64,000 nucleotides of DNA from an uncultured Candidatus Binatia bacterium (GTDB lineage Bacteria; Desulfobacterota; Binatia; UBA9968; CAXXLF01): contig OZ244621.1 of the NCBI GenBank assembly GCA_965218425.1, positions 4,352,001-4,416,000 of the forward strand, read 5' to 3'. This document shows, piece after piece, positions 1 through 8,528 of this stretch. The notes under the pieces were generated by a model. The model saw nothing but the letters and a program-made list of their open reading frames with translations, was not told where the DNA came from and did not search any database. A program made the position numbers and the translations under genes. Position 1 is the first letter of the stretch; each line of letters begins with the position of its first letter.

Positions 1-778
1 CGGCATCCTGGGATACATCATGGTGTTGTTTCACTGGCCACGCCCACCGTTGGTCTTGGGATTGGTATTGGGCCACCTGGCGGAAAACTATCTCTTCATA
101 TCTGCCAACATTTACGGTGCCAGGATGATGGTGCAGCCAGGGGTTATTATCATTTCGATTTTGATCATAGCTGCAATTTTTTATCCGCTCTATCAGAACA
201 TGCGCGCTAAACGTGCGGAGAATGCCAGCCAAGCCCTTACTCCGGAATCCGAGCAGACCTCCCCTGCCCATCCCAAAAGCAGTGTGAAATTTCAGTTCCA
301 ACCGAAACTGATGGTCAGCCTTGCGTTTACTACATTTACAGTTTTTTTCTTGTGGGCAGGAAAGGATTGGCCCTTCGAGGCGCGACTCTTTCCGTGGGTC
401 GTTGCCATTCCAGCACTTGCGTTGTCATTGTTGGAGTTCGGCCGTGACTTAACAACCGCCTCAGGAAAGGCAAGGGGTCAAATCTTGGACTTTCAGTTTG
501 CTGAAGGCATCGACCCCGCTGTGGCTCGTCCAAGAATGCTCAACATCATGTCCTGGACTCTGGGCATCCTTGCCGGGGTGTGGCTGGTGGGAGTTGAGAT
601 TACTATGACCGCCGTTACGTTTGCCTATTTAAAATTTCAGGGCGGCGAGCGCTGGGGCATTACTCTCGTTCTGACCCTTATCGCCTGGTTGTTCGTACGC
701 CTCGTCTTTATCGAATTTATGCATCTGCCATTCCCCAACGGAATCATCATCGAAGGGATCCGCAGCCTATTTCAATAA
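1..778 (+). CDS. C-terminal part of a tripartite tricarboxylate transporter TctA fused in frame to a TctB domain (5'-truncated by the window edge)
   Basis: Frame is open from position 2. WPRPPLVLGLVLG..ENYLFIS matches the C-terminus of the TctA at 13857-15341. The downstream W..EARLFPWVV...LDF segment matches the TctB at 13342-13860. Confidence 0.85.
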   Translation, partial: GILGYIMVLFHWPRPPLVLGLVLGHLAENYLFISANIYGARMMVQPGVIIISILIIAAIFYPLYQNMRAKRAENASQALTPESEQTSPAHPKSSVKFQFQPKLMVSLAFTTFTVFFLWAGKDWPFEARLFPWVVAIPALALSLLEFGRDLTTASGKARGQILDFQFAEGIDPAVARPRMLNIMSWTLGILAGVWLVGVEITMTAVTFAYLKFQGGERWGITLVLTLIAWLFVRLVFIEFMHLPFPNGIIIEGIRSLFQ

Positions 779-1010
779 GCCTTCCGCCTGCCTGCTGCTC
801 GGATCGTTATAGCTAACCTGGATACACTACGGGCCGGTATCCGGAGATGCCGCGAAATTCGCAAGATATCCCCATAGAACCGCACTTTACAATTAAGTAG
901 TAAATACCAGACCATAAAGATGATTGTTTGTGATGCATGGTCTGGGAGCAGAGTGGATACACTGCGTCTTGGTATGCAGGTTATTATAGTTAGCTAGATA
1001 GAATCGGCGA

Positions 1011-1328
1011 ATGGCGGACCGAAAGAAAACGGCAGAGGAGACCCAAGGGGGAATCCAACGGATTCTTGTTCAGGAGTGGGACCCTATCGATGTCCGAGGT
1101 ATTCCCGAGGCCAAGGACGAATATGACGACTATGTCGGTGGAGTGTGCCGCCTCCTTGCAACCGGCGCATCACCCCAAGAGGTCGCGGAACATTTAGCCG
1201 AGATTGAAGTGACCACAATGGGATTGCCGCGACGGCCTATCGAGTCGGTCCTTCCCATAGCCGAAAAACTCTGCCGACTCGATGTCAGGTTGGAGAGGAA
1301 AACAATAGGAGCCAGGAGGCGATTCTAA
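1011..1328 (+). CDS. Small hypothetical protein (WDPI..DEYD.Y motif, DUF1871-like)
   Basis: 105-aa ORF with EWDPIDV...DEYDDY, a motif seen in small helical hypothetical proteins. Confidence 0.7.
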   Translation: MADRKKTAEETQGGIQRILVQEWDPIDVRGIPEAKDEYDDYVGGVCRLLATGASPQEVAEHLAEIEVTTMGLPRRPIESVLPIAEKLCRLDVRLERKTIGARRRF

Positions 1329-1336
1329 CGAGTAAA

Positions 1337-1738
1337 ATGTCTTATCCAAACGAGTCCGCCGCCTATCGGAACGCGCGCAGCCGACTTTTCCAGGCCGAGC
1401 TCAAGTTGAGAGATCACTTGGAGAAGATCGCGCGGCAGCGACGGGCCTTGCCTTCAGGCGGTAGTCTGAAGGAAGATTACGTTTTCGACGAGCTGGTGGG
1501 GGGCCGCGAGGTCACCACACCGTTCTCCGATCTCTTCTCCAAGGGCAAGGATACCCTATTTTTGTACAGCTTCATATATGCGCCGAACATGGAGGCTGCG
1601 TGCCCCATGTGTACTTCGTTTCTCGGTGGTCCTGAAGGTGGGAACATGCGTCATCTTGATCTAGTCTGACCCCTCTGGAACGTTCTCGACATGACGCCTG
1701 CTGGGCGTGGCAACTGGTATCCCAAGCTCGACTACTGA
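1337..1738 (+). pseudogene. DUF899 (thioredoxin-like) family pseudogene
   Basis: N-terminus YPNESAAYRNAR..RRALPSGG..CPMCTSFL runs directly into the family C-terminus RHLDLV*PLWNVLDMTPAGRGNWYPKLDY. The middle of the protein is missing and TGA at 1667-1669 sits at a Trp position. Confidence 0.8.
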
Positions 1739-1802
1739 TCGAAAGAATAGTATTACCATCCTCCACAATTTTTTTGATCGCGACGCAAGCTAACGTATCG
1801 AT

Positions 1803-1821
1803 GGAGGCGAAGCCGCCTTCC
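1803..1821. terminator. Hairpin between convergent genes (possible terminator)
   Basis: GGAGGCG-AAGC-CGCCTTCC stem-loop; no clear U-tract. Confidence 0.35.
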
Positions 1822-1854
1822 GCCAGCTGTTAAGCGACAACGGTAAGCCTGTTG

Positions 1855-3300
1855 TTACTCCAGTTCCTTCTTCCACTTTTCGGTAATACGATCCCGTAAC
1901 TCAGGGGTCATGGAGCTGACCGGGGGAAACTTATCCTTCCAACTATAAGGACGGCAAGCGTTGATAATCGCGCGGCTGTTCACCCAATCACTAGCCTCCC
2001 TCTTGTCAGGAGGTAAAACCGTATCCAGGGGCGTGCTCCAGCAACCATCGATAACCGTCATGGCGGTTTTGGGATCGCAGCGGGTGGAAATTGCCCAAAT
2101 GACCTCTCCCATATCCGACGGGTCAATATCCTCATCCACTACCACCACGAATCGTCCGTGGTAATTACCCGCACGGCAAGCTAGGGCTGCTAAGGCTGCC
2201 TGCTGCGCATGGCCGTGATAACGCTGCTTGATGGAGACCACGATGAACGGCGCCCCACCACCCGGAGCGGACCCTCCGACAAAGCACCATGCACCTTGCA
2301 CGTCCGGCACATCGGCCTTGTCGAGGTAATTCCAAATAGCGGCTGCCGCGATGGGGACACCGAAGGTCAATGCTGGCGGTTTTAAGGGGGGCGCACCTGC
2401 AATGATCGGGTTGTTTCTGAAATAAAGGGCTTTCACGCGGATGATGGGTTCGTTCTTTGCACCGTGTGCATAGTAGCCAGGCCATTCCCCAAAGGGCCCT
2501 TCCACACGGCTGTCCTCGCTAGGGGGCGGCACCTCCCCTTCAATGGCGATCTCTGCGTGTGCCGGGATCGGGAGTCCGGTGACTTTTCCTCGCACCACCT
2601 CCACGGGCTCTTGACGCAACCCGCCGGCATAGTCGAACTCCGATACTCCATAAGGAACCGATAGACCCGCGGAAAGCCACATGGTTGGATCCTGACCAAA
2701 GGTCACCGCGATGGGACAGGCCTTGCCCCGGGCCCAGTATTTTTCCCGGATGATTCTCGCATGGTGACCGGGAGAAATGTAGGTTCCGAGAGTCCGTTTG
2801 TCGTGTACCTGTATGCGGTAGATGCCCACATTGGTGAAGTCGGTGTCCGGATCACGGGTAATCACGCAGCACCCTGTTCCCAGGTATCTTCCACCGTCCC
2901 GCTCGTGCCACCGTGGTGTAGGAAAGGACATCATGTCAATATCCCCACCCGTGCGTTCGTTCTCGAACACCGACCCTTCGAACACAAACTTTGGTGGTAG
3001 GGGTTTCAGATCCGTAAGTATCTCCCTCCAGCGCCACACCACGTCTCGTTTGGAACTTTTCGGAGACACCCCCACCATCAATGCCGCACGACGGGGATGA
3101 AGAACCAGGTTGGACGCCACTCGGTAAGTTGGAGGATAATCCGGAATCTGATCGAAGAGGAGAAGAGGCGAGGGCTCACGATAGGCAAGGATTTCAGTCA
3201 AGGCGCCAATCTCCAGATCCCAGTGGGCACCGTGGATCTCTTTGACCTCCCCCATCTCTTTGGCCGCATCAATGAATTCACGCAAATCCCGAAACACCAT
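1855..3300 (-). CDS. UbiD-family prFMN-dependent (de)carboxylase
   Basis: FRDLREFI N-terminus, HERDGGRY, GIYRIQ (catalytic Arg), EGPFGEWPGYY, VVVVDEDIDP, WAISTRCDP. Confidence 0.93.
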   Translation of the reverse strand: MVFRDLREFIDAAKEMGEVKEIHGAHWDLEIGALTEILAYREPSPLLLFDQIPDYPPTYRVASNLVLHPRRAALMVGVSPKSSKRDVVWRWREILTDLKPLPPKFVFEGSVFENERTGGDIDMMSFPTPRWHERDGGRYLGTGCCVITRDPDTDFTNVGIYRIQVHDKRTLGTYISPGHHARIIREKYWARGKACPIAVTFGQDPTMWLSAGLSVPYGVSEFDYAGGLRQEPVEVVRGKVTGLPIPAHAEIAIEGEVPPPSEDSRVEGPFGEWPGYYAHGAKNEPIIRVKALYFRNNPIIAGAPPLKPPALTFGVPIAAAAIWNYLDKADVPDVQGAWCFVGGSAPGGGAPFIVVSIKQRYHGHAQQAALAALACRAGNYHGRFVVVVDEDIDPSDMGEVIWAISTRCDPKTAMTVIDGCWSTPLDTVLPPDKREASDWVNSRAIINACRPYSWKDKFPPVSSMTPELRDRITEKWKKELE

Positions 3301-3352
3301 TATTCCTCCTTATGCCTTTCTCTCCGGAGGTAGCCGCCGGGATGAAAGTGTT

Positions 3353-4585
3353 TCAAGCATCTCCGAACAGAGTCCGCCATGAGCGATCTCTGGGCAATTC
3401 TGCAATGGCACATTGGAGATAAGAAAAATCATACACATTGGGATCATAAAGGAGCCCGGGTGGCTCCTTCCGTTCTTGCACGGCCTTGATCGCTTTGAGC
3501 AAGTATTTACGGACTGCGATAAGGTATGCATCGCCGGCCCCTAGATGCTCTTTGCTCCGATCCACTAACGCTCCCATACTCTCCGTAGCGCAGGCGTCCT
3601 GGTTAAGGAACTCTTCTATGCCGGTAAAATTTACTGTCTTTTGCGCCCCTCTGTCCTGGAGGTAGTGGTTCCGCTTATTACGGATTTTCTTGTAATCAGG
3701 TCCAATAAAGGTCCGCTTTGACGAGTCGTCTTTACCGAAAGGTCTCACAAATTTGAAAAAGAAATCGTATCTCCAGGTATTTACATTATCCGCTGGAACC
3801 TGATAGACGGCTTTAAACCCGTCAATTTTTCCATTCACCACACCACCCACGGGGACACAACCAATAAAGGGAAGGACAAAATAAGAAGTGCGTATGTAGT
3901 TGGTGTCGCCCTCTGCCTTCCTGATGGCTGCAACTCTGAGCCCCAAGGTCGTTTCTTCAATTTCGAATCTAGGCGATTGATCTAAATTAATGGGAACACC
4001 TCTCTCCCCGCCCGGTTTAAACTCCCTGTGCAGGAAGTTAAGATGAGAAGAATCGCAGTCCCCTTCAAGCCCTTGAAAGTAATTACATTCTAAAAGACTC
4101 TTGGCTATGTAGGCATTTTCCCTGGGAACCTTGAGCCACGGGTATTCTGGAAAAGCAGGAACCTTCCCCTTGGGTCCCATGTAGGTGAAAATGACACCGT
4201 TTGCCTCTCTGCAAGGATAGGCTGGATGGTGGACCTTGTCTTTGAGACGGCTCCCTTCCGGTTCCGCCGGTGTTTCGAGGACGTTTCCTTCCACATCATA
4301 CTTCCAACCATGGTAAACGCACCTCAACCCGCACTCCTCATTACGACCGTAGAACAAGGATGTGCCGCGGTGGGAACAGTGTTCGTCCAACAAACCTATC
4401 CTTCCTTTAGTGTCGCGAAATGCCACCAGATCTTCACCCAGCAATCTGACCTTTACCGGCGGGCAATCGGGCTCCGGGATCTCCTCAGATAACAGCGCGG
4501 GAATCCAGTATCGCCGCATCAACTTTCCCATGGGACTCCCCGGATCTACCCGAGTAAGAAGTTCGTTTTCTTCCCTTGAAAGCAT
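3353..4585 (-). CDS. Rieske non-heme iron oxygenase alpha subunit (phthalate 4,5-dioxygenase-like family)
   Basis: CSHRG...CVYHGW Rieske motif; EGDCDSSHLNFLH mononuclear iron site; QDACATESMG...EHL C-terminus. Confidence 0.93.
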   Translation of the reverse strand: MLSREENELLTRVDPGSPMGKLMRRYWIPALLSEEIPEPDCPPVKVRLLGEDLVAFRDTKGRIGLLDEHCSHRGTSLFYGRNEECGLRCVYHGWKYDVEGNVLETPAEPEGSRLKDKVHHPAYPCREANGVIFTYMGPKGKVPAFPEYPWLKVPRENAYIAKSLLECNYFQGLEGDCDSSHLNFLHREFKPGGERGVPINLDQSPRFEIEETTLGLRVAAIRKAEGDTNYIRTSYFVLPFIGCVPVGGVVNGKIDGFKAVYQVPADNVNTWRYDFFFKFVRPFGKDDSSKRTFIGPDYKKIRNKRNHYLQDRGAQKTVNFTGIEEFLNQDACATESMGALVDRSKEHLGAGDAYLIAVRKYLLKAIKAVQERKEPPGLLYDPNVYDFSYLQCAIAELPRDRSWRTLFGDA

Positions 4586-4632
4586 GGCTCAACCTCCTTT
4601 CTGACAGGACAGTAAGCTAGGCTTGCATCTGA

Positions 4633-5622
4633 CTAACCATCTTTAAATTTGGGCATCACTTCCCTGGCAAACAACTCCATGGAATTGAGCGCATTCTGTT
4701 GTCCCATGGTGGCGAAGTTCATCATGAAGATAATATAGTTGGTGCCCGTGTCGGCAATCTCTTCAATCTGTTCAATGCAGTGTTTCGGATCCCCTACCAT
4801 GATCATCCGGTCCTGGAACATCTCGTCGTAATTCCGTGGCCTGATGTGACGTCTATGCCGATAAAAAGTGTCCATGGGTTCTTTAGCCGTTCGATGGGCC
4901 TCTGCATCGGTTTCAGCCACGTGCGCGTGAAAGCATTGCACAATCTCGAATTTCTCAGGATTGTGATTTGAGGTCCCAAGGGTTTCCTTATAGAGCTCGA
5001 TGTTTCGCGTCATGTCTTTGATGTTCTTGCAGGTGGCATAGGGAATACCAAGGATCGAATACCCCCTCTCCCCGGCAAATTTGTAAGACGCTTGACTGAG
5101 GGCAGCAACGAATATCGGAGGCCTGGGCTTCTGAACCGGAAGGACGTTTATAGCAAACTCCTCTATCTTGTGATGCCTGCCCCGGTAGGACACCTTTCCT
5201 TCTCTCCAGGCCATTTCCATCACCTCGAGACATTCGATGAAGAGGCCCCTGTTATCTTCCTTCACCTTGAATCCAACGAACTCGTCCGGGGTCCCCCGCC
5301 CCACCCCGAAATCGAGTCGACCATCGCTCATCACATCAACCATGGCATACTCTTCCGCGGTGAACAGAGGATTCCGATACGGGAGAAGGCTAACAGCAAT
5401 ACCAATTCTGATCTTCCGCGTACTTCTGGCTGCAACCGACATGAGGACAGGAGGTGACGGGATGACTCCATAGAAATCAAAGTGATGCTCTCCGAACCAG
5501 AAGCACACATAGCCAAGGCGTTCGGCCCATTGCACCTGCTCGATCATCTCATCGTAATAATCCTTCAGCGGTTTATTGAGCGCTGGATCACTGTCCCCGA
5601 TTAAAAACATTCCGAATTTCAC
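4633..5622 (-). CDS. Luciferase-like (LLM class) flavin-dependent oxidoreductase
   Basis: MKFG..., WFGEHHF, GRLDFGVGRG, PVQKPRPPI, ELFAREVMP; GTG start. Confidence 0.92.
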   Translation of the reverse strand: MKFGMFLIGDSDPALNKPLKDYYDEMIEQVQWAERLGYVCFWFGEHHFDFYGVIPSPPVLMSVAARSTRKIRIGIAVSLLPYRNPLFTAEEYAMVDVMSDGRLDFGVGRGTPDEFVGFKVKEDNRGLFIECLEVMEMAWREGKVSYRGRHHKIEEFAINVLPVQKPRPPIFVAALSQASYKFAGERGYSILGIPYATCKNIKDMTRNIELYKETLGTSNHNPEKFEIVQCFHAHVAETDAEAHRTAKEPMDTFYRHRRHIRPRNYDEMFQDRMIMVGDPKHCIEQIEEIADTGTNYIIFMMNFATMGQQNALNSMELFAREVMPKFKDG

Positions 5623-5898
5623 CTCAACTATCCCCTTTTATTTTCAAATGATGTTACTAACGATCGAGGGTCGGTACTAAAACCACGTGTCAAGCAACTG
5701 GAAAGCACAACTGGGCATCCGCACCTGGGCGTGCGGCAGTGACTATCCAATAAATGCCCCATGATGTCAAACCGACCTGGAAGGGATCAGGTGAAATGAT
5801 AAGAGAACCGATTTATTATTGGTTTCGCCGGTGACTACCGACGATGGCCGTATTCTTTGCAGAAACGAAATGGTTGTAGGACTAGGTACAGGAAAGAC

Positions 5899-6048
5899 CT
5901 ATTCAACGATTTTCGGACTTTCCTCGTCTAAAAACCGACGCCCGCAATAGGGGCAGAGCAACTGCTCCTTCGTATGGCGAAACTCTTGCCAGTGACAATA
6001 AAATTCACCTTTACATTGAGGACAGGTTACCCAAAAGATTCTTGCCAC
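5899..6048 (-). CDS. 49-aa zinc-ribbon protein (2 x CxxC) directly downstream of ubiD
   Basis: GTG start at 6048 with a GGAG RBS, 13 nt after the ubiD stop. Sequence MARIFWVTCPQCKGEFYCHWQEFRHTKEQLLCPYCGRRFLDEESPKIVE. Confidence 0.75.
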   Translation of the reverse strand: MARIFWVTCPQCKGEFYCHWQEFRHTKEQLLCPYCGRRFLDEESPKIVE

Positions 6049-6061
6049 GGCCCTCGCTCCT

Positions 6062-7495
6062 CTAGACTTTCTGCAAACGGTCAATAATATCGCGTGGAAC
6101 GAAATCTTCCAGCTGGGTGTTGTCCAGCGCCTTCTTGGGAACCTCCACCCGGGCCGCGAAGGGACGCTGGACCGGCCGCGTAGCATCAATAATCATTTTA
6201 GTTCCCATGATGTTATCGGTCTGCGATGGATCGAGTGTGTTCCCCTTGACGTTTTTGACAACGTCCACGTCCTGGTCCGCCTGTACTCTTGTGGCCACGG
6301 CCCACATAACTTCTTCTTCGTTGTAAATATTGACATCTGCATCCACCACCACCACATGCTTGACAAAATCGCACCCTCCCAGGGCAGCAAGGGCGGCCTG
6401 CTTGGTTTCACCATTCACTTTTTTGTCAATGGAGATATAACAATTGAAGCGGCAACAGCCGGACATGGGAAAATGAACGGCCTTGGCGGTGGGCACGATT
6501 CCGCGAATGAGGTTGAAGAGGCTTCCCTCCTTTGGGATTCCTCCCACCACCCATGTGTCCCGGTGCCCGGTAAAAACATGTTGAAAGATCGCATCCCGCC
6601 GGTGGGTGATGGCCGTAACTTCGATTACGTTTCGGAGCCGTTGGGGGCCATAATAACCCGTGAATTCCCCAAAGGGCCCTTCCGCTTCCGTGACGTTGGG
6701 AAGCACATGACCCTCGATGACCATCTCCGCGTCCGCCGGAACCATAAAATCTTTTCCCAGAGTCTCCGAGGGCGTGAGACGAAGGGGTTCCCCCATGATG
6801 GCACCGATGCGGGTGTAATCGTCCACACCGAAGGGAGAGACATTCAAGGCACCCAGATAAAAGGCCGGATGATGGCTAATCACAATGGTGACCGGTGTTG
6901 GCTGTTTTTTTGCCTCGTACTTGCGGTGGATTTGCCAGTTGTGCCTGGGGGACATGTGGAGACCGAGCTGTCTTGGCCCTTTCAACATGTTCCGCATGAA
7001 GGCGGCATTATAAAAGCCCCCATCGGGATCTTTCATAACCGGCGTCATGTCTATATAGGGAGCCGGGTCCATTGCATGATGACGTACCACGGGTAATTGA
7101 TAAACGCTGGCCTTTTCCCCGCGCTTGATGACTTGCTTTACGGGAGCCTTCTGACTAGCAATCACAACCGGCTCTAGCAGCCTCTCTTCACGTCGGGCGT
7201 ACTCTAAGCTCAGGGATAAACCTTCGTCCTCAGGGTTCATCCCCAAGGCCAGAGCGCAGCGACGCCGTGATGCAAAGATATTGCTCAGGAGCGGAAAGGG
7301 AGAGGGCTTCCCTTCAAAGTCCATGGGTTTCTCGAAAAGCAGGGCAGGGAATTTCCTCTCGTTCTCCAGGTGTTGGAGAAGTGCAGTGACTTCGAATTGG
7401 GCCGGAGAAACCGGCTTGTGGACGCGCACCAGATCTTCTGGCAGCCGGTCATGGAGTTCGGTGAGAAAGTCGCGAACGCCTCTACTCTTACCCAT
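6062..7495 (-). CDS. UbiD-family prFMN-dependent (de)carboxylase
   Basis: HHAMDPAPY, AFMRNM, EGPFGEFTGYY, KHVVVVDADVNI, WAVATRVQAD, LDPS, KMIIDAT. Confidence 0.93.
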   Translation of the reverse strand: MGKSRGVRDFLTELHDRLPEDLVRVHKPVSPAQFEVTALLQHLENERKFPALLFEKPMDFEGKPSPFPLLSNIFASRRRCALALGMNPEDEGLSLSLEYARREERLLEPVVIASQKAPVKQVIKRGEKASVYQLPVVRHHAMDPAPYIDMTPVMKDPDGGFYNAAFMRNMLKGPRQLGLHMSPRHNWQIHRKYEAKKQPTPVTIVISHHPAFYLGALNVSPFGVDDYTRIGAIMGEPLRLTPSETLGKDFMVPADAEMVIEGHVLPNVTEAEGPFGEFTGYYGPQRLRNVIEVTAITHRRDAIFQHVFTGHRDTWVVGGIPKEGSLFNLIRGIVPTAKAVHFPMSGCCRFNCYISIDKKVNGETKQAALAALGGCDFVKHVVVVDADVNIYNEEEVMWAVATRVQADQDVDVVKNVKGNTLDPSQTDNIMGTKMIIDATRPVQRPFAARVEVPKKALDNTQLEDFVPRDIIDRLQKV

Positions 7496-7508
7496 GAGCC
7501 ATTGCTCC

Positions 7509-8522
7509 CTAAGAGTTGCTTTCCGCTTCGAGCTTCACACCCGCCAATTGGGCCAGCGCCCTTTTCACGTAGACCCTGGTCATGCGCTTACGATACCAGT
7601 AGTCTAGATCCGCATTGTCCACTGGGTGGGAAACCCGCATGGAGAGCTCCGCCGCCGCTTCGATGATGCCCCGGTCCATCTTTTTCCCTTCTAACAGCCG
7701 TTGGGCCTCTTCCACCACCTGAGGCGAGGAAGCCACCGCCGTAAGAACAATCCGGGCGGAAACGCACACCCCCTCGGGGTCGAGTTTCATCGCCGCCGCA
7801 ACTCCCAACACGGGAAAGTCAAAGGAACCTCTACGGCGGAGTTTGAGATATACGTTGCGGGTTCCGAACGCTGCACGGGGTATCAGGATTCCCTTCAACA
7901 ACTCATCCCCACCCTTGATCAAAAAACTGATCCCGTCATTTTGATAGAGACCCGAAAGGGGAACTCTTCTCTCCCCATTGGGACTCACCAGGGTAACTTG
8001 AGCACCCAGGCAGCACAAAACCGGCGCAGTGTCCGAGGAAAAAACCGCCAGACAGAGTTTACTCTTGGGTGCCACCAGACAAATGTCTCCATCCTTTTTG
8101 AGACAAAAACCGGCTGCCTGGCGCCAAAAAAATGTTTGATCGTAATAATTACACCGGGTGTCTACAAAAATGTTGCCGCCAATGGTGCCCACGTTGCGAA
8201 GCGGTGGCGTGGACACAGAGTCAGCAGCGTGGGCGAGGGATGGAAAGGTCTTCTGAACCGCCGAGTTCTGCCCCACCGCGGTCAACGTTTCCCCTGCTCC
8301 GATCCACATTCCTTCTTTGGTCCTGGGACGGATCCCCCCCAGTCCAGGAATATCTTTGAGAGAGACCAGATACCTGGGGGTGAACTGTCCACGTTTCATC
8401 TTTGGGTAAACGTCTGTTCCACCCGCCACAGCCATGGCGTCGGTTCCAAGATCCGCAAGAAGGCTTACCGCCTCTTTGACGGACTTTGGCTTTAAATAAC
8501 TGAATTCAGGTAATCGCAGCAT
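7509..8522 (-). CDS. hcrB: 4-hydroxybenzoyl-CoA reductase beta (FAD/[4Fe-4S]) subunit-like
   Basis: AGGTDV and RNVGTIGGN FAD motifs, plus the C-x15-C-x7-C-x8-C insert (RCNYYDQ...FCLKKDGDICLVAPKSKLC) characteristic of HcrB-type beta subunits. Confidence 0.85.
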   Translation of the reverse strand: MLRLPEFSYLKPKSVKEAVSLLADLGTDAMAVAGGTDVYPKMKRGQFTPRYLVSLKDIPGLGGIRPRTKEGMWIGAGETLTAVGQNSAVQKTFPSLAHAADSVSTPPLRNVGTIGGNIFVDTRCNYYDQTFFWRQAAGFCLKKDGDICLVAPKSKLCLAVFSSDTAPVLCCLGAQVTLVSPNGERRVPLSGLYQNDGISFLIKGGDELLKGILIPRAAFGTRNVYLKLRRRGSFDFPVLGVAAAMKLDPEGVCVSARIVLTAVASSPQVVEEAQRLLEGKKMDRGIIEAAAELSMRVSHPVDNADLDYWYRKRMTRVYVKRALAQLAGVKLEAESNS

Positions 8523-8528
8523 AGTTCT

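Noticed and set aside
1667..1669. In-frame TGA in the DUF899 gene as selenocysteine or Trp recoding
   Set aside because: It is a Trp position, not Cys, the gene also has a large deletion, and TGA is used as a normal stop elsewhere.
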